Shown here: positions 47,865-57,384 of the stretch, piece by piece | Layout: each line of letters opens with the position of its first letter | Position numbering within the stretch: position 1 is the first letter of the stretch | Origin: Minisyncoccota bacterium | GTDB taxonomy: Bacteria > Patescibacteriota > Minisyncoccia > Phycocordibacterales > UBA1006 | Length of the DNA: 64,000 nucleotides | Reading direction: 5' to 3' | Assembly: GCA_022763365.1 (NCBI GenBank) | Contig: JALEGN010000007.1 | Location: forward strand, 24,665 to 88,664 | Program-made: the position numbers and the translations under genes | The notes under the pieces: generated by a model | The model's database searches: none | What the model was told of the DNA's origin: nothing | The model's input: only the letters and a program-made list of their open reading frames with translations

Positions 47865-47883
47865 AGTACCCTATAGGGGTACT
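47865..47883. promoter_or_regulatory. CsoR-family operator AGTACCCTATAGGGGTACT
   Basis: TAC-C-tract/G-tract-GTA inverted repeat about 40 nt upstream of the repressor start. Confidence 0.75.
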
Positions 47884-47884
47884 G

Positions 47885-48418
47885 TTAACACACTAATGGT
47901 TTATTCATCTGTTTGAGCAAATAAAAAGTTGAAGTCCAGATGATGATAATTCCTAACACCAAGAACTCTTTTCCAAAAAACGGTAGTATTTGCAAAAAGC
48001 CCAATAATCCTAGACTAGTTAATAATGGCGCCAAGACAATAGCCCCACAAGAAATACAACCTACACCAAAAGTCGCTAATACGATTCCCCCAGTTGTCGC
48101 TAGAAATGAACCTTTGTTAAGAGCTTTTTTCTGCCGTTTAATATAGTAAATAAAAACCAAGACATTAATCATTATTGAAATACAGAGTAATAGTAGAAAT
48201 ACACTATCAAATACATACCATAGTGAATATTCTCCAAAGCTATAGTCATAAAGTATTTCGATTTTACGTGCGAAACTTACGCCTTTAAGTTGCCAAAAAT
48301 CTCGTACAATATGAATGTTAGGTAATAATTTAAAAATACTAAGTATTACACCTGATCCAATAATTATCGCAAAAATATTTTTTGGTTGCTTAATTATTGA
48401 AATAAATATTTTTTTCAT
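47885..48418 (-). CDS. Membrane protein with GCxxC motif (DsbA partner)
   Basis: 4 TM segments, GVGCISCG; immediately downstream of DsbA gene. Confidence 0.65.
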   Translation of the reverse strand: MKKIFISIIKQPKNIFAIIIGSGVILSIFKLLPNIHIVRDFWQLKGVSFARKIEILYDYSFGEYSLWYVFDSVFLLLLCISIMINVLVFIYYIKRQKKALNKGSFLATTGGIVLATFGVGCISCGAIVLAPLLTSLGLLGFLQILPFFGKEFLVLGIIIIWTSTFYLLKQMNKPLVC

Positions 48419-48467
48419 ACTTGTACTATACCTCAAAACAAAAAAGACCTCTAAGGTCTTTTTTATG

Positions 48468-49265
48468 TTATTGCAATTCGTCGATTGCTGCTTGAATAGC
48501 TTCGATTGGATATGCTCCTGGTAGAAACCGTACTTCACCTGTTTCGTTATTTCGAATGATGTTTCCTGGAGTTCCTGTTACACCAGCTTCAGCTCCTGAT
48601 GCAATATCTTCTTGAACCTTATCAATATGACGACGTGAGTCATAACATGAATTAAATTCACTCATATTTAGGTCGATATCTTCTGCAATTCTTTGGATTT
48701 CTCCGGCTGGAATTTGTTTATTTGAATTCGTTCGTTCAAAGTATAAATCATGGTATTCCCAGAATTTACCTTGATCAGCTGCACACTCAGTCGCAAGAGC
48801 TGCATTCGTTGCCTCTGGATCGTGGAATCCTAGTGGGAAGTGTCGGAATACTGAATTTACCACTCCTGGATTTGCTGCGATAGCTTGTTTTGGAGTCTCT
48901 GCAAATCGTTTACAGAATGGACATTCGAAATCTGAATATTCGATAATTGAAATTAATGCATCACGTTCTCCTAGAATATGATCATCATCATTTGGAGGAA
49001 GAACTCCTTTTGCTTGTTCTTGGGCAAGACGTTCTTGTTCAGCTTGGGCTTCTAATTGGGCTTGTTGTTGCTGCGCTTCGTATTCAGCCAACTGTTCTGC
49101 AAAGCTCATTCCTGAAGCATTCCCCCCACCACTGTTTCCTAGGCGAATTCCAAGGAATACTAATGATCCAGCGATTAATATTGCTGCAGCAAGGATAACG
49201 ACAATAATTTTATTATCAGCTAACCATGATGCAGATGTTTGTGTATTTTTTGTTTCTTCTGACAT
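48468..49265 (-). CDS. DsbA family thioredoxin-fold protein
   Basis: EYSDFECPFCKRF, FRHFPL, GVTGTP. Confidence 0.92.
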   Translation of the reverse strand: MSEETKNTQTSASWLADNKIIVVILAAAILIAGSLVFLGIRLGNSGGGNASGMSFAEQLAEYEAQQQQAQLEAQAEQERLAQEQAKGVLPPNDDDHILGERDALISIIEYSDFECPFCKRFAETPKQAIAANPGVVNSVFRHFPLGFHDPEATNAALATECAADQGKFWEYHDLYFERTNSNKQIPAGEIQRIAEDIDLNMSEFNSCYDSRRHIDKVQEDIASGAEAGVTGTPGNIIRNNETGEVRFLPGAYPIEAIQAAIDELQ

Positions 49266-49335
49266 GTAATTAATAGTTATGAATAAAGTACATCAATGAG
49301 TATATCAAGATTGAGAATCTGGGTAAAGAAAACAC

Positions 49336-49677
49336 CTATGAGGTGAGTTTATCAGTGAGCCAATTAACGAAAGTTAATGCCAATGCTCCCCAAAGTGCTG
49401 TCATAAAATCAGCGACGGTGAATCCATCTATAACTGAGGCTACAAACCAGAATAACAGTACGTTTACAATCAATCCAAAGATTCCAAAGGTAAGCACATT
49501 TAAAGGTAGCGTAATAATTTTTAAAATTGGTTTAACAGCAAAATTAATAACAGCAAATAAGACGGCTGCAATAATTGCGGTACGTGGTTCATCAATGGTA
49601 ATACCTGAAATAAATTCTGGGAGTAAATAATATACCGATAATGAGAGAACAATAATTTGAATGATAAATTTTTTCAT
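49336..49677 (-). CDS. YvlD/4-TM holin-like membrane protein
   Basis: INFAVKPILKIITLPLNVLTFGIFGLIVN. Confidence 0.85.
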   Translation of the reverse strand: MKKFIIQIIVLSLSVYYLLPEFISGITIDEPRTAIIAAVLFAVINFAVKPILKIITLPLNVLTFGIFGLIVNVLLFWFVASVIDGFTVADFMTALWGALALTFVNWLTDKLTS

Positions 49678-49730
49678 ATACTAAAATTCTCTCATGTTCA
49701 CATATGTTTTGCAAAATAAAAAACCTGGAA

Positions 49731-50180
49731 TTATCCAAGTAGTTCATCAACAACTTCTTTTACGTCGTTTCCATCAGCTTGTCCCTTTAACTCTCCCATT
49801 AAAGCTCCCATGACTTGTCCCTTGTTGGCACCATCGCCGAGTTCTGCAATTTTAGCTTCTGCTTTTACCTTGATATCTTCTTTTGACATCATTTCTGGAA
49901 GATAAGCTTCGATAATAGCTAATTCAGCCTTTTCGTCTTCGGCCAATTCTGGACGTCCTGCATCTTCAAATTGTTTGATAGCGTCTTTTCGTTTTTTAGA
50001 TTCTTTCGTTAATACATCCATTGCCATATCATCTGATACTGGGGTATCAGGTGCTTTTCCCTCAGCTACAACGGCATTCGTCATCGCTGACATAAGCCCT
50101 CGATAGGTAGTAACCGCAGCCATATTTCGTTCTTTCATAGCTGCTTTCATATTTTCTTTCATTTGTTCTTGTAGTGTCAT
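49731..50180 (-). CDS. GatB/YqeY domain protein
   Basis: MKAAMK, KKRKDAIKQF, YLPEMMS, GQADG. Confidence 0.92.
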   Translation of the reverse strand: MTLQEQMKENMKAAMKERNMAAVTTYRGLMSAMTNAVVAEGKAPDTPVSDDMAMDVLTKESKKRKDAIKQFEDAGRPELAEDEKAELAIIEAYLPEMMSKEDIKVKAEAKIAELGDGANKGQVMGALMGELKGQADGNDVKEVVDELLG

Positions 50181-50237
50181 ATAAAATTAGTATAGATGAA
50201 ATAGTTTCATATTCAAGCTTTTTGGTATACTGAAACT

Positions 50238-50957
50238 ATGAAGCATACACTTATTTTTATTGATACTGAAACAACTGGTGCAGGATACGATGACCGTTTG
50301 ATCCAGGTTGGCTATCGAACAACTGACGGGACTGATGTTAATGAACTTTATAGCCCAGGAAGAAAAATTGAGATTGGAGCAATGGCGGTTCATCATATCA
50401 CCGAGAAAATGATTACAGATAAGCCAGCATTTAAAGATAGCCCTGTATATAAAGAATTAGAAGAACGATTTGAAAAAAATCATGTCTTTATAGCCCATAA
50501 TGCACCTTTTGATGTATCGATGATCGAACGAGAAGGATTAAAGGTAGGTCCGGTTATTGATACCTTAAAAATTGCTCGGGTTCTTGATCCAAATGGAAAA
50601 ATTGAATCCTATGCCTTACAATACCTGCGCTATTTATTAGGTATTGAAGTTGAAGCTATTGCTCATGATGCCTGGGGTGACATCTTGGTTTTAGAGCAAT
50701 TATTTTATCGCCTCTTAAAAAAAGTCGTTGAAGAAACGGGTATGAATCAAGATGACGCCGTGACATGGATGATTGAAGAATCAAAAAAACCAATCCTCTA
50801 CCGAACGATGCGCTTTGGTAAATATAAAGATAAGCATATAGCTGATATTGCTAACGATGACCCTGGGTATTTACGCTGGCTCCTTGGACAGAAGGAACAA
50901 GAAGAAGTACCTGATGAAAATTGGTTATATACCCTTAAACACTATTTAAATATTTAA
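50238..50957 (+). CDS. DEDDh 3'-5' exonuclease (exonuclease X-like)
   Basis: IDTETTG, AHNAPFD, HDAWGD, FGKYK...PGYLRWL. Confidence 0.9.
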   Translation: MKHTLIFIDTETTGAGYDDRLIQVGYRTTDGTDVNELYSPGRKIEIGAMAVHHITEKMITDKPAFKDSPVYKELEERFEKNHVFIAHNAPFDVSMIEREGLKVGPVIDTLKIARVLDPNGKIESYALQYLRYLLGIEVEAIAHDAWGDILVLEQLFYRLLKKVVEETGMNQDDAVTWMIEESKKPILYRTMRFGKYKDKHIADIANDDPGYLRWLLGQKEQEEVPDENWLYTLKHYLNI

Positions 50958-51013
50958 AAAGATCTATTGATAGGTCTTTTTTTACTGATGAGGTCACATG
51001 TTATAATTCACCT

Positions 51014-52099
51014 ATGTTAAATATTATTTTATTGATTATCGGGATTCTTATTGTTGGGCTCTTGATATATCTCATTCTTGAAACTAAAAAAAATAAACAA
51101 CCTCAAGAAGATTCAAATGCTATGCAGATGCTGATGCAGCAAATGAATGATCTGAGAGCAAATATGGACAAGAAGATTTCTGGATCCCATAAAGACATGA
51201 ATGAAGCTGTCAGAACACAGTTTTCTGAATCTCAGCGTTTAATTCAACGCATCAATAAGCAAATGTCTGATAATTTATTGCACGTTGCCAAAGAAATTAC
51301 TGAAACTAAAGAAATGAACAAACAAGTCTTTAACCTTGCAGATTCGTTGGCCGATTTAGAAAAAGTTCTCAAAAACCAAAAAACACGTGGGAATTTGGGT
51401 GAAATGGGACTTGAACTGATTCTTTCAAATATTCTCTCACCTATGAATTATCAAATGCAATACTTGTTTAAGGATGGAAAACAAGTAGATGCCATTATCA
51501 GAACTGAAGCTGATAAATTCATTCCCGTTGACGCAAAATTTTCATTAGATAATTATCGAAGGTTGGTTGATGAAACTGATGAAGATAAAAAGTCAGAACT
51601 AGAAAAAGCCTTTAAGGCAGACCTCAAGAAACGTATTGATGAAACAGCACAATATATTAGAACCGATGAAGGTACGCTTCCCTTTGCATTCATGTTTATT
51701 CCGGCAGAAGGAATCTATTATGATTTATTGGTGAATGAGGTAGGAGCTGTTAAAGCAAACACCCGTAACCTCATTGATTACGCCTATAAAGACAAAAAGG
51801 TGATTATTGTTTCTCCGACAACGTTCTCGGCATATCTACAATCTGTTCTCTATGGATTTAAAGCTTTCCAGATTGAGAAATCAGCTGTTGAAATTCAAAA
51901 AAATGTTCAAAAATTAGGACGACATTTATCAGCCTATCACGAAGCCTTTGAGAAAATTGGAAATACCTTAGGGACAACCGTAAATCATTACAATAAAGCC
52001 TCAAGTGAGCTAAAGAAAGTTGATAAGGATATTACGAAAATAACCGGTGAATCACCTGAACTTGAGACATTGCAATTAGATAAACCTCAAAAAGATTAA
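51014..52099 (+). CDS. rmuC: DNA recombination protein RmuC
   Basis: RGNLGEMGLE, VDAKF, FMFIPAEG, VSPTT. Confidence 0.92.
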   Translation: MLNIILLIIGILIVGLLIYLILETKKNKQPQEDSNAMQMLMQQMNDLRANMDKKISGSHKDMNEAVRTQFSESQRLIQRINKQMSDNLLHVAKEITETKEMNKQVFNLADSLADLEKVLKNQKTRGNLGEMGLELILSNILSPMNYQMQYLFKDGKQVDAIIRTEADKFIPVDAKFSLDNYRRLVDETDEDKKSELEKAFKADLKKRIDETAQYIRTDEGTLPFAFMFIPAEGIYYDLLVNEVGAVKANTRNLIDYAYKDKKVIIVSPTTFSAYLQSVLYGFKAFQIEKSAVEIQKNVQKLGRHLSAYHEAFEKIGNTLGTTVNHYNKASSELKKVDKDITKITGESPELETLQLDKPQKD

Positions 52100-52170
52100 G
52101 CACTCTATTTAGAGTGTTTTTGACTATATATAATAGTATGTTATAGTGATTTCTAAATAATTAATAGTTT

Positions 52171-52467
52171 ATGTCAGAAAATTCTATACTTAGTATTTAC
52201 ATTATTTCATTTATCTTATTAGCTTCACCACTAATCATGGTGACCATAAGAAGTTATCAGAGAAAAAAGAAAAGAAAAAGATTTGAGCAAGCTCCTCCTT
52301 TTCTCAGCCTCAAAGAAGGAAATTTTATTTTTGAAGGTATTGAACATGATGATAGAGGAGATAATCCTCGTGTAAGTATTTCTTACCCAGAGAAACCTGA
52401 TAAAAAATTTCTCTTCAGGCTACCGCAAGACCCTGAGATACGAAAAAAAATGAATATCACAAAATAA
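52171..52467 (+). CDS. Hypothetical single-TM protein
   Basis: N-terminal TM followed by basic patch. Confidence 0.5.
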   Translation: MSENSILSIYIISFILLASPLIMVTIRSYQRKKKRKRFEQAPPFLSLKEGNFIFEGIEHDDRGDNPRVSISYPEKPDKKFLFRLPQDPEIRKKMNITK

Positions 52468-52489
52468 ACCACTCGCTAGAGTGGCTTTT

Positions 52490-54007
52490 TTATTTGAGTA
52501 TTTCAAAAATTTGTTCAAGATAATTTCGTTTATTAGAGAGTTTTGGAATTTTATGTTGCCCACCTAATTTCCCTCGCTGCTCCATCCAATTAATAAAGGT
52601 TCCTTCAGGCACTGAATGAAGTTTTAATAACTGAAGCGCAATGTCATCTTGTCGTTTAGCTTTATAGTCAGAATTAAGATCTTGTAAGGTAGTATCTAAA
52701 TCTTGAATAAAACCATTTAGGTCTTCTGGTTCTTCTTCAAATTCAATAATCCATTCATGACCACCCTTCCCTTCGGTATTCATGAAAACTGGGCCAGCAG
52801 TATAATGTTTAATGACAACATTGTGCTGTTCACTAACTACCTGTATTGCTTCATCAGTATTCCCTACCATAAGCTCTTCCCCAAAAACATTAATAAAATG
52901 TTTTGTTCTTCCAGAGATTTTTATTCGGTAAGGATCTTTTGATGTAAAACAAACCGTATCTCCAAGGTCATATCGCCATAATCCAGCATTAGTGGTAATA
53001 ATTATAGCGTAGTCTTTTCCTAATTCCACTTCAGCCAAGGTACAAATATTTTGAGTATCATGACCATAAGTATCCATATCAATAAATTCATAAAAAACAC
53101 CGTGGTCAGTCAGGAGCAACATCTCACCTAGTTTTTTTGAATTGTCCTGAATAGCAAAAAATCCTTCAGAAGCATTATAAACCTCCATATATTTCATATC
53201 ATCAAAGGGTAATAAGTCATTGAATATTTTCCGGTAAGGTCCAAAAGCTACTGCACCATGAATAAACAACTCAAGGTTTGGCCAGATATCACGAAGCGTA
53301 GTAAAAGGTTTTTCCTTTTTTATTTCCTCAAACAATGAAACAAACCAGGTTGGTACCCCTGAAAGATGAGTAATATTTTTTTCAAGAGTGTCATTAATAA
53401 TAGCTGGTATTTTATCTTTCCATTCTGATAACAAAGCGACATCTAAACGTGGTTCTCGATAATTTTCAGCCCATTTTGGAGCCTCAGACATTAAAATAGC
53501 CGACACATCACCAACCTTCATACCGTGGTCATTTACTTCAAAACTACCCCCTAAAGAAAGCATAGATCCCTTATTATCGAATAAATCACTATCAGGATAG
53601 TTACCAAAGTATATCGTATATAAATCACGTCCCGCCATATAATTATTTTTATAGAGAGAATCATGTGAGACAGGTAAATATTTACTGACGTCATTAGTCG
53701 TACCAGATGATTTTGAAAAATGATGCATCAACCCTGGCCACAAAATATCCTGCTGACCTTTTAGCATTTTTGAAATATAAGGTTCTATGTCTTCATAACG
53801 TACGAGTGGGACATTTTTCTGAAATTGTTCATAGGTCATGATGTTTTCAAAATCATAATATTTCCCATATTCAGTACCCTTTGCTTTGAATAATAAATCA
53901 TGAAGAATAAATTCTTGTGATACCAGCTGATTTTTCTTAAAAGATTCGACTTTATATTTTCTCATTCGGAAATATGTCTTCATTGAGGTTTCAATGATGT
54001 TTTTCAT
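52490..54007 (-). CDS. GH3 family adenylate-forming (acyl-acid amido synthetase-like) protein
   Basis: SSGTT, YNASEG, RYDLGD, GGQHKIPKL. Confidence 0.9.
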   Translation of the reverse strand: MKNIIETSMKTYFRMRKYKVESFKKNQLVSQEFILHDLLFKAKGTEYGKYYDFENIMTYEQFQKNVPLVRYEDIEPYISKMLKGQQDILWPGLMHHFSKSSGTTNDVSKYLPVSHDSLYKNNYMAGRDLYTIYFGNYPDSDLFDNKGSMLSLGGSFEVNDHGMKVGDVSAILMSEAPKWAENYREPRLDVALLSEWKDKIPAIINDTLEKNITHLSGVPTWFVSLFEEIKKEKPFTTLRDIWPNLELFIHGAVAFGPYRKIFNDLLPFDDMKYMEVYNASEGFFAIQDNSKKLGEMLLLTDHGVFYEFIDMDTYGHDTQNICTLAEVELGKDYAIIITTNAGLWRYDLGDTVCFTSKDPYRIKISGRTKHFINVFGEELMVGNTDEAIQVVSEQHNVVIKHYTAGPVFMNTEGKGGHEWIIEFEEEPEDLNGFIQDLDTTLQDLNSDYKAKRQDDIALQLLKLHSVPEGTFINWMEQRGKLGGQHKIPKLSNKRNYLEQIFEILK

Positions 54008-54098
54008 ATCTTGATAGTACCATAACTTTTTAAGGCTTAAGATACTTGCTTTTTTATTAAAAAATGTAAAAATTAAAATAAGACATAAATATTAAATT

Positions 54099-54650
54099 AT
54101 GAAAAAGTTAATAATTCTCATTATTTTATCCCCTTTTAGTATTATCTGGGCACAAAATGATGGTTCGCATGTTCTACGTTTACAGCGTACAACTACTACC
54201 TACGAAATAGAAAATCCAAGGCAAAGTGGTTCGTATTATACTTATAATCAACCTATTCAAAGGAGAAATGATTACAATGTAGAGCGAAATGCATACCAGA
54301 GGGGATTTACTGATGCACGACATGATAATTATTTACGTGAAGCAAATAGGACGGCTAATCGAGTCGCTCTACTCAGCTTTGGGTCCGCCCTATTACAATC
54401 ACGCTGGCGTGATGGAAGATTTATTAATCCTGTAATTTGGCAACCATCTCGAGTACGGTATCGACCTCAGGATTTCTTCTATTATCCGACCTACCATGAG
54501 CCTACTGGTTCATTCCTCAATCAATTTGATCGAGCAAGGTACTTGAATAACTGGAATGGAGGATATCCTATTTACAGACGTCCTGGCCGTCAATTTCTTG
54601 GTAATAATGGTTTTCTTATTGGAAACCCACCTTTAAATTGGGGATTCTAA
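54099..54650 (+). CDS. Hypothetical secreted protein rich in Arg/Tyr/Asn/Pro
   Basis: Signal-peptide-like MKKLIILIILSPFSIIWA-Q. Confidence 0.6.
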   Translation: MKKLIILIILSPFSIIWAQNDGSHVLRLQRTTTTYEIENPRQSGSYYTYNQPIQRRNDYNVERNAYQRGFTDARHDNYLREANRTANRVALLSFGSALLQSRWRDGRFINPVIWQPSRVRYRPQDFFYYPTYHEPTGSFLNQFDRARYLNNWNGGYPIYRRPGRQFLGNNGFLIGNPPLNWGF

Positions 54651-54742
54651 AAAATAATACACTCTCACATTAGTGAGAGTTTTTTATTTCATCCAAAGTA
54701 TTCATATTTTTTCACTAAAAAGACCTAAAACTAATATTAGAA

Positions 54743-55282
54743 TTAGGTCTGATAAAAAATTTGAATAATGAGAATTTCTTTCAGTTCATCATTATATGAG
54801 ACGATAACTGTTGTGTAGTCATAGTCTCTCTCTAAAATATTGTGTTTGTGGGTCTCTGATTGCATCCACAATTCTACAGGATTTAAAGTAGAGTTGTACG
54901 GAATCGTTATTGTGTTTTCTGCAATCTTCCGCAGTGGTTTCATCATTTCATTACATGATCTAAATTCAGAAACATCATCTGAAAAATTATCGTGATTATA
55001 GTATGCTGACATACCGTGATCAATAATATGATTTTCCAAAGCTTTTATCCGATTGGTTCTGAAGCCTTCAAGGCAAACTGAATTATTTTCGAAACTACGT
55101 AAAGGCTCTACACCTCGCGCAATTCTCTCCTGATTGATTGCACTAAAAACAGTGAGTTCAGATATTTTTGGCTCAGAGTTTATCTCAGTAAGAGCGATAC
55201 CAATATTCGATGCATAAAATACATCACTTGAAATCAATAAAATCGCAAGACCTAGCACAACACATGTAAGTAGCTTTTTCAT
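54743..55282 (-). CDS. CAP/SCP domain protein
   Basis: INQERIARGVEPL, AEN, WMQSETHKHNIL. Confidence 0.8.
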   Translation of the reverse strand: MKKLLTCVVLGLAILLISSDVFYASNIGIALTEINSEPKISELTVFSAINQERIARGVEPLRSFENNSVCLEGFRTNRIKALENHIIDHGMSAYYNHDNFSDDVSEFRSCNEMMKPLRKIAENTITIPYNSTLNPVELWMQSETHKHNILERDYDYTTVIVSYNDELKEILIIQIFYQT

Positions 55283-55340
55283 AATAAAAGATTAATTTAA
55301 ATTAATAATAACATTTAAAAATAAAAAAGCAATTACTGCC

Positions 55341-57062
55341 TTATCTATCTGGAGCGACCTTATAATAATTAATAAGATATTTTGTAACATCAACAAATGG
55401 ATCGATAAGAGTTTGTGATGCATATTTCACCCCTTTTGGATGCACCGTGTACATAAGAATAATAAATTCTGGGTCATAAGCTGGGAAGTATCCCACGAAT
55501 GAGTGAAGATTTCTATCATCATAGTAACCACCTTGAGGATTAGGTATTTGAGCTGTTCCTGTTTTTGCAGCCACACTATAGTTATCTAGCTTTACCGTTC
55601 CATTACGATAAGCATCAAAAGCATTTACGAGCATACGAGAAACTTCTCCTGCTGAATCTTCTGATAAAGCTATTTGTTGTTCTACTTCATAATCAAAGGT
55701 TTTTGAAAATCCATTAGTATATTCAATTTTTTTAACAAGATGTGGTTGTACGGTTTTACCACGGTTAGCCAATGTTCCTAATGCTTGAATCATTGAAATA
55801 GGAGTTACTGCAATACCTTGTCCAAATGACATGTTTGCAAATTCGATATCGCGATTGCTTTTTAGGTTATTGGTTAGATTCGTTCCTTCGTTTGGAAGAT
55901 CAATATTCGTTTGACTCGTAAATCCAAATTTTTCAAAATACTCTCTAAAGTCTGGTTTTGGAATTTGTTCTGCAATATGCACCATTCCTGTGTTGAGTGA
56001 TTGATTAAGGATTTCTTGAACTGATACCCAGCCACGTCCGCGTCCATCAAAGTTGCTAATGGTATGTGGTCCAACCTCAACTGATCCGCTGTCATAATAC
56101 TCTAGTTCTTTGTGGTCAATATTTTCATTATCAATGGCAATTCCTACAATTAAAGGCTTTACAATTGAGCCAAATTCGTGAACGTTTTCCACCAGTGGAT
56201 TTTTAAAATACTCTGTTTTAGCATCACGGAAATTATTGTTATCAAAATTTGGAAATGCTCCCATTGCATAAATCTCTCCATTTTTTGGATTCATAATAAT
56301 CCCAGCAACTGATTCAGAATTCCATGTACTTTGAATACCTTTAAGTTGATTTTCAAAATAGAGCTGAACTTGAGGGTCAATAGTTGTCACAATGTCCCCT
56401 TCAGGAACCTTTTCAGGATCTACAAAATTTTGAACATTATGAAATATACGAGCAAAGAAATTAGTATATACATCAACATCTTCTCGTTTCAACGTTGATT
56501 CGTATTGACGTTCAAGACCATAGCGTCCTGCTAATTCATCACCTTGATATCCTAAAAACCCTAATGCATGCGCAGCAGAACCTTTTAGAGGATATACACG
56601 CCATTTCTCAGCGTGTAATGATATTGCCGAACCAAGAGCTTCTTTTAAAATGATACCGTCTTCTTTAGATACATTATTTGCAATTTCGAAATAGGTTCTA
56701 TTACTACGACTGAGTCCATCTCTAAAACGTTCATCATCAAACTCAATAACATCTGAAATAGTTTGAGATACTTCGTCAGCATCAGCATTAAAATTCGAAG
56801 GATTGATTGAAATCTTATATCCTGTTCGTTGTCCTGCAGCACTGATTTTTGTTCCATCTTGTTGCTCGAAATAAATAGATCCTCGTTCAAAAGAATTATA
56901 CGTTGCTACAACATATTGTCCGTCAGCTTGAGCACGAAAACGATGACCATTTGAAATTTGTATGTAAAAAAGATTCGCAATCAATACGAATCCAATACTC
57001 GCCACGAAAGCAAAAATGCAGCGTAAACGAAATAGAAATTGTTTTTCATTTCGCTTTTTCAT
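55341..57062 (-). CDS. ftsI: Class B penicillin-binding protein (FtsI-like)
   Basis: GSIVKP, SLN, KTGTAQ; in mraZ-rsmH-ftsL-pbp cluster. Confidence 0.82.
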   Translation of the reverse strand: MKKRNEKQFLFRLRCIFAFVASIGFVLIANLFYIQISNGHRFRAQADGQYVVATYNSFERGSIYFEQQDGTKISAAGQRTGYKISINPSNFNADADEVSQTISDVIEFDDERFRDGLSRSNRTYFEIANNVSKEDGIILKEALGSAISLHAEKWRVYPLKGSAAHALGFLGYQGDELAGRYGLERQYESTLKREDVDVYTNFFARIFHNVQNFVDPEKVPEGDIVTTIDPQVQLYFENQLKGIQSTWNSESVAGIIMNPKNGEIYAMGAFPNFDNNNFRDAKTEYFKNPLVENVHEFGSIVKPLIVGIAIDNENIDHKELEYYDSGSVEVGPHTISNFDGRGRGWVSVQEILNQSLNTGMVHIAEQIPKPDFREYFEKFGFTSQTNIDLPNEGTNLTNNLKSNRDIEFANMSFGQGIAVTPISMIQALGTLANRGKTVQPHLVKKIEYTNGFSKTFDYEVEQQIALSEDSAGEVSRMLVNAFDAYRNGTVKLDNYSVAAKTGTAQIPNPQGGYYDDRNLHSFVGYFPAYDPEFIILMYTVHPKGVKYASQTLIDPFVDVTKYLINYYKVAPDR

Positions 57063-57066
57063 AGTC

Positions 57067-57384
57067 TTAACGATTATATGCTACCTTAGTTTCTTGTTCA
57101 AGATGAGCGTATAAGACTTTTTTATCTTCTACCATTCCTAGTACCCCAGCTTCTTCTAATGATAATGCATTAATACGTTCGAAGTATTCAATTTCTAATT
57201 CGGCAATTTCTGTTTGTAATTCGGCAATTGAATGGTTGTGTGTTTTTGCATCTGCAACGCTGATGGTTGTACTTGCAATTCCAAAACCATACATTAAAAA
57301 TGAACAGCAAATACCACCTACAAGAGCAAGAAAGATTTTCTTGCGATTGTTTTCTTTGTTCATTTGTAATGCTGCTTGTTTCAT
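57067..57384 (-). CDS. FtsL-like bitopic coiled-coil protein
   Basis: Single TM plus heptad segment; between rsmH and PBP. Confidence 0.65.
   Translation of the reverse strand: MKQAALQMNKENNRKKIFLALVGGICCSFLMYGFGIASTTISVADAKTHNHSIAELQTEIAELEIEYFERINALSLEEAGVLGMVEDKKVLYAHLEQETKVAYNR

Noticed and set aside
49336-49677. Holin-like gene as prophage evidence
   Set aside because: YvlD-type membrane proteins are common chromosomal genes; no phage genes nearby
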